Assembly: GCA_963575745.1 (NCBI GenBank) | Contig: CAUYUJ010000020.1 | Coordinates: 62,001 to 119,506, forward strand | Source of the DNA: Prorocentrum cordatum | Lineage: Eukaryota | Length of the DNA: 57,506 nt | Direction: 5' to 3' | Shown here: piece after piece, positions 13,115-25,340 of the stretch | Layout: the number at the start of each line of letters is the position of its first letter | How positions within the stretch are numbered: the stretch's first letter is position 1 | The notes under the pieces: generated by a model | The model's input: only the letters and a program-made list of their open reading frames with translations | Database searches by the model: none | What the model was told of the DNA's origin: nothing | Program-made: the position numbers and the translations under genes

Positions 13115-16100
13115 GAGCCCCCGAGTGCTCCCGAATAAGGCGGTTCCGCGGGAGAACAGGGCCAGGCAAGTGGCTGCGTGGGTGTTGGCAAAGTGCGTCT
13201 AAGTCTGAAGCTTCTACATCACACTGAGGACACAACAATGACGATGGAGGCTCAAGAGGGCGAAACGTTCCACCCCCACCGAATCGACAGTGCCCCCGTC
13301 GCACAGCAAGCACAAGATGCCGAGCAGCACATGCCCTGTCCCAGAAAATCTCCCCGCAGCATCTACATGTGTTACTGGGGGTGAGCACGCGGCACAGGGG
13401 TCGCAGCGAGTGGCGGGACCTCATGTGCGCCATCAGGCCCTTACGCGTGGTGAACTCCTCTTCACACCCCTCGAACTGGCAGCGATAACGTGTTTCGAGT
13501 TCGGGAAATTCTTGCGTCTCATGATCACGACCACCCCCGCCTTCCACCTCCACCTTCAGACCAGGGGGGGCGATAGTCACTCCAAAGAAACAACTCAGTA
13601 TCATAGTGAAGTCGATGTTCAGAAGTTCGCGGCGCACCTCGGGGTCCCACATGAGGCCAGGACGATCTGCAAGAGCTCCCAGTACATCCTCAGAATCACG
13701 CATGAGCCCCATGTGCCCAGTAGAAGTCCTCAGAGACCCTGCAAGCCCAGGGGGATGCCTTGGGGGTCAGGTATCCGTCGACGAGAGGCGCCTCCCTCAA
13801 CTCGAAACGCACTTCCCCGAAGAGGGCCGCGAACAGCTGGGTGTGACTGGTGGGGCGGGCAGCCCAAGACTTATACCAGTTAAGTCGACGAATGCCCAGC
13901 TCCACCGAGGTCTCACAAATACGCCAGTGTTTTTTTGCACGGCCTGATTGGACACTGTCCTGACTGCGCCAGTTGAAGTAGTCCATCTTGCACGCCCTCG
14001 CATGCACACGCGGGCAAGATGAGCGATAGTGGCATCCAGGCGGGCGCACTGCTGCTTCGCGAGCAAGAACGCCTCCATTCCACATAGAGCCGAATTCTGC
14101 ACAAGGGATAAGAAGATCGCCCGAGTAAACTTCCAAGGGGGGGACAACGACCAGAAACCGCCCAGGAAGTAGGAAGGCCGAGCGTGCAGCCTGATGTCGT
14201 CTGATCACCTCCTGGCTCGAAGCCTGGGACATAAGGACGCGGGGCCCCAGGTACCGCACCTCCTCCTTCAGAACCCCAGAGATGAGAGCCCGTCCAGACC
14301 CACGAAGCCAGCGACGACAAGCCATGGCCCCCTCCCCTTCAAGCCAGACCGCCAGCTCTTGTTTCCCCCGATTCTGTTGGCACCCACATTCCTGGAAGTG
14401 AGAGTCTAGCAAATCGTCTGCCTCGCGCAACTTGGCCCATGAGGTCGCCCTGAGCGATCAGGGTGTAGCGATAAAGGTCGTCCGCATACTTAAATAGGCT
14501 AAGATCAACTTCCTGACCTTGCCACTCAGCGAGTAAAAAATGCAAAGACGGGTCAGCGGTATAGAGCGATTCCGTCCATTGCTGCACTGGACGCTGAAAC
14601 GTAATAGAGAACGCTGCCACCATGAACGGATCACCCATCACTCCTCCCACCCTGGTCTTGACCGCCACATCCCCCTCATCACTAGGTAGTAAAAACACAG
14701 CATCACGGTAGCGTTTCTTACACAGCAGCAAATTCTCATCAGAAACATGAAAGGCCATACTCGTATCCATGGCCGTCCAGGAGGTGCTAGCAAACGCGTT
14801 ACTCATATCCTTGAGGCAAGCCCCCAAGCTCCATCCCGCCTGTCGTGATCTCCACCCAACCACTTGAGATGCCAAGACAGCCCCTTCCCTACGACGGTGC
14901 CTCTGGAACCCATAGCCCTCGGGGGGGAGCTCGTTGGGGGGGAAATCGGCGAAGAAGGCTTTGCCCACGACGGGGAGGACGTGGACCACACGTTTCCCAC
15001 GAGGCCCAGATTGGGCCGACTTGCGCAGAGCGCATCCCCGACTAATACTCCAGTAAAGAGGGGCCATGTCTGCGATTCGCACTTTCATGAAGGCGTCGAG
15101 TAGCACCTCAAAAAAGAGAGTCGGCCCCACCGGTGCACGCTGAGCGCCGAGGCCGGCGCGTAGACCCTCCAGGCCCACATCGGGGTGCAACATCTGCCAC
15201 CAGAGCTCCAGCGGGGCGGTGCCATCTGGGACGACCCGTCTCTTGGAAGCCTTGCGCACATACTTTCGGAGGCGTTTGATGTCCTCCAAAGCCAGTTCCC
15301 TGAAACGAGGATCGTAACGGGCCATATCGTTGATCTGGGCGAGATCAAGGTCGTCCCTCTGGTTTCGCCACTGCTCCAAATCGATAGGGATAACTTTCAT
15401 GCCCCCCTCCCCTCCAGGTAACTGCCACACACCCAACCACTCCTGACGAGAGATCGGGGTAGCTCCAGAGCGTCGCCCATCACGTTTGTTGGAAGAAAAC
15501 CTACAGCGAGCCGCCCCCCTCGCCCACCCCATCGCCTCCGAAATATTTCTCCTGGCCCATGCCTCGCTGGAAGCCTGAACAAAGGAAGCCCTCTCCGCCC
15601 TCATGTGACGTTGTCTAAGTAGACGCATCCTCTGCGATACATCGCGGAGCTCCTCTTCAACAGCTGGCAAATCCGCGGCTTGCATACGAGAAGCGCGCAA
15701 CTCAATGCGCTTCTTCAAAAGCTCGCGGCACAATGCGGCCCAATGAGAGCAATCGTGCGGCACGTCCGTATCTTCGCAAAATAGTTCCGACCCCACCTCC
15801 ACCAATCCCTGTTCTAGAAATCCGAAACAGTGGTCTGGAGCGTCCTGATCATGAACCCGTATCCTATCCTCCTCCCGCTCCCGTATCCACTGCTCCATTC
15901 CCTCCACAAAGGCGATACGCTGAGATCCAGAGCGGACGGCAAGCATAAGAGAAGAAGTATTCCAGCGAGCCCGCTGGACAGGGACACATTCCTGGGGTCC
16001 TTTAGGATGACGTAGCTCCAGGTATAGGGGGACATGATCTCGGGGGGGCGCCCACCCTGGGCTTCTAGTTGCGCGCCAATCCGTCGTAAAGCATGGCATC

Positions 16101-16848
16101 GAGCCAGGCGAGTGCCCCACCCCTGCGGGATAAACAGGAAGTCAATCAAGCTCGAGGGCCCTTCGGGTCCGTCACCGTAAAAAGTTGGATCAAGAGGGCC
16201 CAAAGTACTCGCCGCAATCATATGGTGCTGCTCCAGCAGATGTGCCACTGACTCTCCTGCTCCCTGCCTCCGCCTCTCCCTCGTACGTGTCTGACCCACC
16301 GCACTGCTGTCATACTCCTCCCACTTCCCCTCGATGCGACGACAGCCAAGCCCATCGTTCAAATCAGCAAAGAAAATGGGCAAGCAACGCGCTGGAAGTT
16401 GGTCGAGACATTCTCGCCACCACTGGGTCACTCTGGCAACCGTCTGCGTGTACTTCGCCCCCGCCCCTTTCCCTCGAGGTTGAGGAGGAAAGTAGAGGAC
16501 CCCAACACATACGTCCACTATGTTGTGTCGAATGCGAGCGGCGAGACAACGACCCCAGAGCTGAGGCGGGCTGGAGAACACCCGACGTACATGATGGTTT
16601 CGAAACTCTCGGCCTAGTAAAATGGACACACCTGCACTACGATTAGTGTACAAACCTGATGATACTGCTGCCTCAAGAACCACTCTTCCCTCCACCTTAC
16701 GTTGAAGCACCTGTTCCGACTCTCTGCACACGTCCTGGGTACCCGCCAGCAAAGTGAAGCCCAGATTCTTCGTGCAAGCGGCGATCTCCTGGAGTCGGCA
16801 GCCAGTGCCCCACATGGGGTTCCAGCCGAGCACCCGTAACCTTGACAT
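13115..16848 (-). pseudogene. Frameshifted pol: apurinic-like endonuclease + reverse transcriptase + C2H2 zinc fingers
   Basis: ATG at 16848. Endonuclease: LRVLGWNP, LAGTQ, SAGVSILLG, YFPP, ADLN, PTFYG..SSLIDF, DHVPL. RT: GFQRHRRREGA, KDMSNAFAS, GGVMGDP, KYADDL (YADD at 14477-14488), QNRGKQE, VRYLG. Zinc fingers: CQFEGC..HMRSRH, CRCC..RH, CPQC..HPRSH. The reading is split over at least 5 ORF-track segments, and the 3' limit is approximate. Confidence 0.9.
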
Positions 16849-18249
16849 GGTCGGCGGCGCCCCATCATCTCGCAACGGCCGCGCGGCCGTGGGTGCCTGG
16901 AGGCATTGAATTCGCGTGCCTCTGGCCCGAGGTCCTGGAACCCTCGAACCCAGGGGCTGGAGGAGGAGGAGGAGGAGGACGAGGAGCAGAAGGAGGAGGA
17001 CGAGGAGAGGGAAGAGGAGCAGGAGGAGGAGGAGAAACGAAAGGAAAGAGGAGAGCAAAGAGGAAGCGCGGGCCAGAGCACTTTTGTCCGCGTGGGAAAA
17101 AACGTTCGGAACCGCGCAGCGAAGCGACCCCGTCGAGTGCGTCGCCCAAGTGCGGAGCCGCTCAGCAATGATGTTTACATATGTTGGCCACGAGACGCCA
17201 TGGCAATGGCGACTTTGCGACCATATCAACGCGGCAGCAATTGCATGGCAATCCGCAGTACATCACAATAACATCAACGTCGTCGTCCACGCGACCGCCG
17301 AGCACATACAGTGCGGGTGCGACGGAGCAGCACATCGCTCAAAGAGTTTGCCGCACGTGGGTCGCAGTGCAACTGGCAGTGGAACAGATCCACGGTCTTA
17401 AGCGTTTGACGACGCAGCGCGGCTGAGGCGATCCGCGCGCGCGCTCCAGCAGGCCAAAATGGGGCGGCCACTGTGAGCTGTCGGGCCACAAGAGGGGAGG
17501 GGGACGGAGGGCGGCCGCGGAGGGCGGGTGAAGAGAGGAGGGCGCCCACTGCACGACGACCTCTTCGTCGGGAGTGGCCGCTGCGGCCAGGCTGTGCCGA
17601 GGCAGCCTGGCGGTGGGCGCGGAGCAGCATCACGGCCACACCCGGGGGCCGAGGCAGAGACTGCACGCGCAGAGAGCGTGGGCCAACTTCGAACCAGCAC
17701 AGAGGGGGGAGGAGCGGCGAGCGAGGCCGCGGGAGCGGGGCAGCATCCGGGTGCTCGTCGGAAGGCCGTGGGTGACAGGCGCTGTGCTGCAGCTGCGGCG
17801 CCAGCGGGCTGCGGAGAGCCCCAGGCGACCACGGGGGCCCGGGCCAGGCAACCAGCTCGATGCAGCGAAATGCCGCTGTACTGCCGTGCTGAGCTGCTGA
17901 GAGCAGAGCTGCAAGTCTGCTGGCTGCAGAGCCACCGAGGGCTGCAAAGCAGAGATGCAATACTGCAGGGCGCTGCAAAGCAGGAGGAGGGAAAGGAGCA
18001 GGAGGAGAAGGAGGGAGGAGAGAGGAATGCGATAAGGAAAAAAGAAAAAAAGGCCAATGATGATGAGGAGGAGGAGGGGGAGGAGGAGGGCGAGAAGGAG
18101 AACAAGGAGAACAAGGAGGGCGAGCGAGGAGGAGGAGGAGGAGGAGGGGGGGGGAAAGGGTGAGGCAGGAGAAGCACCAAAAGCGGAAGTCGGGCTCGAG
18201 GAAATAAGATGGGAGGGAAGGACTGATTGTTGATAACGATATGACGATG

Positions 18250-18280
18250 TAATGATGGTGGTAACGATGATGGTGATGGC

Positions 18281-18336
<56 letters not shown>

Positions 18337-18351
18337 CGATGACGATGATGC

Positions 18352-18388
<37 letters not shown>

Positions 18389-18401
18389 CATGATGATGAT
18401 G

Positions 18402-18433
<32 letters not shown>

Positions 18434-19020
18434 GATGATGATGATGATGAGGAGGAGGAGGATTATGATGATGATGCTGATGATGCTGATGATGCTGATG
18501 ATGATGGTGATGGTGATGATGATAATGATGATGATGATGATGATGATGATGCTGATGATGCTGATGATGTTGATGATGATGATGATGATGCTGATGATGA
18601 GGATGAGGATGATGATGTTAATGCTGGTGCTGGTGATGCTGATGGTTTTGATGATGATGATGATGGTAATGATAGTTTTAATGGTGGTGGTGATGAAGAC
18701 GATGCTGAGGATGACGGTGATAGTAATAATGGTGATGGAGGATGGTGATGATGATGGTGGTGATGATGATGATGGTGGTGATGGTGATGAAGGTGGTGGT
18801 GGTGAAAATGATGGTGGTGATAGTGGTGCTGATGATGATGGTGATGATGAGATTGATGATGATGACGATGGTGAGTTTAGTGGTGGCGCTGTTGATGATC
18901 GTGATGATGCTGGTGGTGATGATGATGGCGGTAATAATGATGGTGATGATGACGCTGATGATGGTGGTCATGATGATGCTGATGATGGTGGTGACGAATG
19001 TTAAATGATGATGGTGGACG
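18250..19020. repeat. Imperfect (GAT)n microsatellite
   Basis: Direct reading. It generates the poly-M, poly-D, poly-I and poly-H pseudo-ORFs. Confidence 0.95.
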
Positions 19021-19157
19021 ATGACCCTGGGGCACTCTGTTCCTGACCCGCCAGGGGGGAACCCATCATGCCGACGATCTCTCGAGGAGGGTGCTGAAGC
19101 CAGTAGACCCCTCGAGTTGGCAAGGAGCACCCCCCAAATGGCGGCCTGGTCTGCCGA

Positions 19158-19319
19158 TCACCACGGCCCGAAGAAGCCGTTGGCGTTCGCGAGGACCGAC
19201 CCGAAGAAGAGGATGGTGATCGAGATCACGTAGTTGTTCCCGCCCACGTCCCCCAAGCTGAAGCCCGCGGGCGGCGGAGGGGTGGTCGTCACCGGCGGGC
19301 CGCCGAAGAAGTGCATATC
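19158..19319 (-). CDS. Exon 3 (terminal) of a putative plastid-targeted small membrane protein
   Basis: Acceptor ctgcAG|GAT. 54 codons: DMHFFGGPPVTTTPPPPAGFSLGDVGGNNYVISITILFFGSVLANANGFFGPW*. Nearly all codons end in G/C, and there is one hydrophobic helix. Confidence 0.8.
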   Translation of the reverse strand, partial: DMHFFGGPPVTTTPPPPAGFSLGDVGGNNYVISITILFFGSVLANANGFFGPW

Positions 19320-19490
19320 CTGCAGGGCACCATGTCAGTCCGATCTCTCGCGCGCGCGAAACGCGCGCGATCAGGGCCAGGGACTTTGGATGTTGGCTGC
19401 CAAAGCTGACCGTGGGCCCCTTGTTTCAGGCGCCCTGCTGGCGGTCTCCAGCGGTTCCTGGCCGCCCTCGGTCGCCCTGTGCTACAGGCC

Positions 19491-19708
19491 TCCCAGATGG
19501 GATCCGAGTAGATAGAGTCCGAGGATCGCGCCGCTTCGCCAGTGCATCGCCGATACATCGCAGATGTATCGGCGATGCATCAGCGACGCTGGCGGTGCAT
19601 CGGCGACGTCGGCGTGAGAAAACACGGGTTCCACATCGAGCCGCATCACCGATGCATCGGCGATGCGGCGCGGTCCTCCGACCCCATTCATTTGGACCCC
19701 ATCTAGGA
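19491..19708. mobile_element. MITE, 218 bp, ~50-bp imperfect TIRs, TC...GA termini, flanked by GGCC
   Basis: TCCCAGATGGGATCCGAGTAGATAGAGTCCGAGGATCGCGCCGC matches the reverse complement TCCTAGATGGGGTCCAAATGAATGGGGTCGGAGGACCGCGCCGC. Internal GCATCGCCGAT palindromic subrepeats are present. Confidence 0.75.
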
Positions 19709-20039
19709 GGCCTAGACAAGAGGCGGGCCAGGAAAAAAGGGGGGGCGCGCATCAGGGCCCGAGGCATGCGCGCTGACGAATGGTCATGCCATGGGACGCG
19801 CTGAAAAAAGAGGAGGGGTGGGAGATATCATGGCCTTGGCCATGATATCCACACACGCGACCGACCAGGCCAGGAGCCGACATACCCACCGAGATGCCCG
19901 TCCCGAAAACCAGGGACTCTGCAGAGGCTCGGTGGCGGTCGTGGACACTCCCAAAAAATCACGGGGCGGGCAAGAAGGGTGGCGGATGATGAAAAAAGGA
20001 GGTCCTGGCGACACGAGGTCGCCTACATTCGCGCATCGC

Positions 20040-20741
20040 GCCCCACGATGCGCAGAGCTCATCCGGGGGGTCCGGCCCTTCCCGGGCTCTTTCTGGAGGT
20101 CCACGACAGCCTCTGGGGCCGCCCAGGAAGCCCCCCAAGACGGTCCAAGAGGGCCCCGACGCCCAGGATGGCCTCAAGACGGCCCCAGAGACCTCCCAGA
20201 CGGCCCAGGAAGCCTGCAAGAGCATCCCCCAGACGCGCCCAAGAGGCCAAAATAGACGAATTCCAATAGAAAACCTACATTTGTATCATGCACGTTTTTT
20301 CGGCCTTCGCGGCGTTGAAGACGGCCCCACAGTCCCCCAAGACTGCCCCAAAACGGCCCGACAGGTCCCCAAGAGGCGCTCGGAATGGCCCAGCCAAGGC
20401 GGCCCAAAAGGCTCCCAAGACGGCCCAAGAGTGCCCCAAGACGGCCCAATGCGGGGCTCAAGAGGAGGAGCCAAAATCAACGATCCGAGCCTTCCGCCCC
20501 AAAACGGCCCCAGGGGGGCCCAAGAGGCGCTCGACAGGGCCCATTGGGCCCCCAAGAGGCCCCCCAAGAAGCCCCAAGAGGACCCCAAGAGGCCCCCCAA
20601 GAAGCCCCGAGAGGCCGCCAAGAAGCTCAAAAGAAGCCCCAAGTACCACTTGAGGCATGCAACTTCCAACCCGCAGCCCAGGCACCAAGGATCTCAGGCC
20701 GACATCCAAGGCACGGTGGCGGGATGGGCCGAAGGCCACTG
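20040..20741 (+). mobile_element. CCCCAAGA-repeat element with a 3' hairpin, related in plan to 828-1639; 5' end not resolved
   Basis: Same CCCCAAGA(C/G)GG interior. It ends GGCACGGTGGCGGGATG-GGCCGAAGGCC-ACTG, directly followed by (CA)n/(TA)n. Confidence 0.55.
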
Positions 20742-20742
20742 T

Positions 20743-20792
<50 letters not shown>

Positions 20793-20864
20793 AGATATAT
20801 GTATATATATATGTGTGAACTGCCGCCGGCAACTACCTCGATCGAGGAAGAGAGAGAGAGAGAG

Positions 20865-20956
<92 letters not shown>
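20742..20956. repeat. Compound (CA)n/(TA)n/(GA)n microsatellite and a ~92-nt poly(A) run
   Basis: Direct reading. The A-run spans 20865-20956. Confidence 0.9.
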
Positions 20957-20959
<3 letters not shown>

Positions 20960-22215
20960 CGAGGATGAGGAAGAGGAGGAGGAAAATAAAAAACAACAAA
21001 AAAAGATTTCGTCGTCGCCGCCGATGTCTCACAGACTTTCGTGGTCTTTCGACCACCCGAGGCATCTCCTCGAATTCAGCCTCCAGGAACCGTTTCCGGT
21101 GCCGGGGACCACCGCCGAAAGTCTGGGATGAGGATCGACCTCCCTGGCAGGTGCCACCCCTTCGCGAAAGAAGGAACACGGGGTGGATCGAGGCTCGAGG
21201 CATGAGACTCCTAGTTCTTGGGCGCTCTCCGCCCTTTCTGGGCCTTCACGAAGCTCCTCGTCGACACAGCTGGATCCACTCTCGAACTTCTCGCCGGACG
21301 CAACCCCAGCTGGGTCTCCACGATCCCCGAGCCTATCCAGGAGGTGGAAGAGGAGGCCTGGAACAGGCCTAGTGAAGGCCCCAAGAAACTCACATAAGAC
21401 CACGACAAACTTCAAAACAATCCCCTACAAGGCCCCCCCTTGAACCCCACACACTACGTAGAACAGGCCGAAACCCCAAGATTGCCCAGCGATCGCGCTC
21501 GTTCCGCGAATTCGGTCTTTCACTCTTGCTGCCGCACCTACCTGTCGGCGGTGCGCCGTGAGCCAATGAATCATCTTCGCGTCCCTGGGGGGACCTGTTC
21601 GATTCAGCTTACGCACCTAGCCTCACCATCGCCCTCCGGCACCAAAGACGACGATGCATCGAGGAGAGCACTTGGCGTCGGGGACGAGCCTGCTGCACGC
21701 AGCAAACTTCGCACCTCCCCCATTACGGTCCATTCTCCCCCCCCCTTCGTCCGGCCCAGCACTGGAGCCAAGAGGGGAGACTGGCGGTGCGCGTCCCAGT
21801 TGCCGGGCGGACGCCCGACCAGAGCGCATACCACAAGCACCTTTCGCGTGCTCCGAGCGGCATGGCCAGAAAACGCCCGCAGGATGCAAGCCCCCTGGAC
21901 GCCCGTGTCGAAGCTTTTACGAGCGCGGCGGACCCTCGGAAGTAGTCAAGGACGGACCAAAGAGGCACGGATGCAAGGGTACCCGTGGGAAGGTTGCCTG
22001 TCCCTACCGTCGCTGTCGACTGCACAGGGATGTCCGACGGGCATGGCACGGGCGCGGCCGACGACGCTCCCGACCGCCCGAAGACATCTGGAAGCCCCCG
22101 AGAACCTCCCTGGACCTGCGACGACGCCGCCGCCGCCGCCGACGACAACGACGACGACGGCGACGGCGACGATGACGGCGGCGGCGACGACGACGACGGG
22201 CGCCGCGCAGGCGTC

Positions 22216-22317
22216 CACTGCGGGGGCGCGCTGGCCGGCGCGCAGGCCCGTCGAGGCCGGGGAGGCGCCGCCGACGAAGCTCAGCACGGCGGAGCCCAGC
22301 GTCAGGGCGGCGACGGC
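22216..22317 (-). CDS. Exon 2: end of the signal peptide and transit peptide
   Basis: Acceptor ccgAG|GCC. Peptide AVAALTLGSAVLSFVGGASPASTGLRAGQRAPAV. Donor GTG|GA, or an alternative in-frame GCA|GT one codon earlier. Phase 0, in frame with exon 3. Confidence 0.75.
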
Positions 22318-22601
22318 CTCGGCGCGCCCCGCGCGGCCTCGCTCCCGAGGAGGCTCGAGCGCGAGCCGAGGCGCGCGGATGAGCGACGGGCGGCGGGCCC
22401 CCCCGCACGGTCCCTCGCACTCGGCGGGCGCCGCGCGCTCGGGGCGCCTCTGCGCCGGCACGCCGAGGCGCCCCTCCGCGGGGCGGCGGCGCCCGGCCGC
22501 GGGCCGCGCCGAGGGGGGGTCGTCGCTGGCCCACGCGCCACTAGCCGCGCTCTCGAGCTTCCTCGAGCGAAGCGGGGCGTGATTCGCGGAGCGCGACATC
22601 G

Positions 22602-23808
22602 GAGGGGGAGGAGGAGGAGGAGGAGGAGGAGGAGGAGGAGGAGGAGGAGGAGGAGGAGGAGGAGGAGGAGGAGGGGAGGAGGGGAGGCGGAGGAGGAGAG
22701 GAGGAGGAGGAGGAGGGAGGAGGAGGAGGGAGGAGGAGGAGGAGGGAGGAGGAGGAGGAGGAGAGGAGGAGAGGGGGAGGAGGAGGAGGAGGAGGAGGAG
22801 GAGGAGGAGGAGGAGGAGGAGGAGGAGGAGGAGGAGGTGGAGGAGGATGTGACGAGGAGGAAGAGGAGAAGGAGGAGGAGGAGGAAGAGGAAGAGGAGGT
22901 GAGGAGTGGAGGAGGTGCAGGGCACCCAATCTGGCCTGGAGCGCCGTGCGCGGAGCGCGACACCGGCGCGCCACGCGGGTGTGACCCAGGGTCCCCACCC
23001 TGCCCGCCCCCCCGTGCGAACTCCGCCCGCGCGTCCGTCTCAGCGCCCCCGCTCCTCAGCGTCCAGGGCTCAGCGGCTCAGGCTCGGCTGGCGCTGGAGC
23101 TTCCACGATGTCTCTCCGGATCGGCCTGGATATCTCTGGATTTGCGCCCTGGACGTCCCCCGATCTATCTGGCTTGGTCCCCGCAATTCAATCGGAGAAG
23201 AGGCGTCAAGCCCTGCAACTTGGCACCGCGCGACGGCGACGACCTCGGCCCGCCCGTTCGGGCTGCTGCTGGCGCGAGCGCTCGAGCGCTGGAGCGCTCG
23301 AGGATCTAAGTTTGAGGGCGCCCGGCGTCTTTTCGGGGGGGGCGGGTGCCGCTGGGGGCGCTCTGATCGCCGCGCCCGGATTCGCCTCGGGATGCTGGCC
23401 AGGACGCACCCAAGGATGGGCCCGGGGCTCGGATTTTGTCCCTCTGGGCACCCACTGAGCGCGCGAGCGCGCGCCAGCCGATGGCACGAGCAGGAGTGGG
23501 CAGCCGATGGCGGCGGCCGTGGCTGAGGCTCTGGGCGCCAGGGTCGAGGCACGCAGCGTAGGCTCAGGGAGACACGGTCAAGACTGGCTGATGGCGCAAG
23601 GCGTCGAGGCTGCCTGACTGATTGCTCCCTTGACCACTATCGCTGCTCACTCCTTCCTTTTCGGTTCTCCCCTGCCCCACTCCTTGCTTCCCACTACCTC
23701 CTTCTCTTCCTCCTCTTCTTCCATCCATTCCCTTCACCATCCTCCTCCTCCTCCTCCTCCTCCTCTTCCTCCTCTTCCTCCTCCTACTCCTCCAACTCCT
23801 CCTCCTCC

Positions 23809-23840
<32 letters not shown>

Positions 23841-23934
23841 TTCCTCCTCCTACTCCTCCTCCTCCTCCTCCTCTTCCTCCTTTTCCTCCTCCTCTTCCTC
23901 CTCTTCCTCCTCCTACTCCTCCTACTCCTCCTCC

Positions 23935-23968
<34 letters not shown>

Positions 23969-24228
23969 ACTCCTCCTCCTCCTCCTCCTCATTCTCCTCC
24001 TCCTCCTCATCATCATCCTCATCATCACCGTATGGAAGGCAGTTGGTTTTGAACATGTATATCCCCCATACAGGCGCGAGCGTCCGTCTTAAAAGCTTAC
24101 AACAGCTGCACGGATCAGTAGCGGCTCCTTCTCTGAAAGCGAGCATGGCTTTACACGTCTTGGACATGCACGACCAGGAGCATCACACACACACTCACAC
24201 ACACACACACACTAACTAACTAACTAAA

Positions 24229-24264
<36 letters not shown>

Positions 24265-24420
24265 GAAAACACACACACACAAACAAACAAACAAACAAAC
24301 AAACAAACAAACAAACAAACAAACGAAAACACACACACACACACAAACAAACAAACAAACAAACAAAGAAACAGTCAATCAAACAAATAAACAAATAAAC
24401 AAATAAGCAAACAAACAGAA
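22602..24420. repeat. Intronic microsatellites: (GAG)n 22602-22915, (CCT)n 23690-24027, (CA)/(CTAA)/(CAAA)n 24185-24420
   Basis: Direct reading. Confidence 0.9.
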
Positions 24421-24801
24421 CCTTCGCGGCTGCAAGGCGCCACGTGATCAACGCGGGGCTCTCGCGCGAAGACGTCATCTGCTTGCTGGACCAGGACTGC
24501 CAAAGTGTGCAACACCTAAATATACGGAAAGCACTTTCGGTCCGAAACGGGGCTCTCGCAGATCCCCGCCCAGAACTGTACGATCTGACCTCCATGCATT
24601 ACTCATGGCTAGGAATGAGCACCGTTTAACCGATCCCCATCCCTAGCGTCGTTGCATGGGCCCCACTGGCCGATTTACCCCCATAGATGGGGATATAGGC
24701 CGTTCCCTTCGGGTCTCGAGGTGTGTAGCCCCAACCGGGGGGGGGGGGGAATTCGGTGGGGGTCCCGAAGCGGATGGGGATGATGGGGGTTGGAGTCAAG
24801 A

Positions 24802-25340
24802 TACTGAAAGAAGATTCCCGGGTGGGCTGCCTCCCCTCCCCCCGGGGCTGTCCAGTGCGCTGGCGCGGACCCCGTGGGCAGGGCACGCGGTGCGGCCGGG
24901 GGCGCGGGGCGCTCGAGAGGCCCCCGCGCAGACCTCTCGTCGAGAGCGAGGCGTGCCCGAGCGGCAGGAACGGTACTCAGAGAAGATTCCCCGCTGGGCT
25001 GCCTCCCCCCCCCGGGGCTGTCCGGTGCGCCGGCGCGGAGCTCGGGAGCGGGCAAGAGGGGGGTGCCCAAGAGGGGGGGGTGCAAATCATGACCGGCGGC
25101 ATGTGCGCGGCCCAGCGGGGGGGCCAGGGACGTATCGAAATGAGAAGGGGCGCCATGAAATCTGGGGAAATATCATGGCCCCCGCCATGATATCCACCCC
25201 CCCCTAGTCATCACCCCCCTCTTTTCCGCCCCCGAGGAGCCCGCGGGCAGGGCACGCGGTGCGGCCCGGGGCGCGGGGCGCTGGAGAGGCCCCTCCCGCG
25301 CAGGCCTCTCGCCGAGAACGGAGGCGCGCGCGCCCGAGGG
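24802..25340. repeat. GC-rich ~172-bp tandem duplication, with the second copy interrupted by a MITE
   Basis: TACT.A.AGAAGATTCCC...TGGGCTGCCTCCCC at 24802 and 24974. GGGCAGGGCACGCGGTGCGGCC at about 24876 and 25245. Confidence 0.8.
25042..25235. mobile_element. MITE, 194 bp, ~24-bp TIRs, TC...GA termini, 5-bp TSD GGAGC
   Basis: TCGGGAGCGGGCAAGAGGGGGGTG matches the reverse complement TCGGGGGCGGAAAAGAGGGGGGTG. GGAGC lies at 25037-25041 and 25236-25240. The neighbouring repeat copy shows the empty site. Confidence 0.85.

Larger units (their letters stand above)
11784..16958 (-). mobile_element. Near full-length decayed non-LTR retrotransposon (LINE): APE-RT-ZnF pol followed by a 3' accessory ORF and a (CATTGCT)3 tail
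   Basis: Endonuclease, RT and C2H2 motifs occur in order on the minus strand. A 7-bp tandem tail lies at 11784-11804. Both ends abut (CCT)n tracts (about 11580-11783 and 16959-17035). Confidence 0.9.

Noticed and set aside
20865..20956. 92-nt poly(A) as a retroposon tail or poly-Lys coding region
   Set aside because: It is embedded in compound microsatellite with no upstream element body or TSD, and may be a long-read homopolymer artefact.
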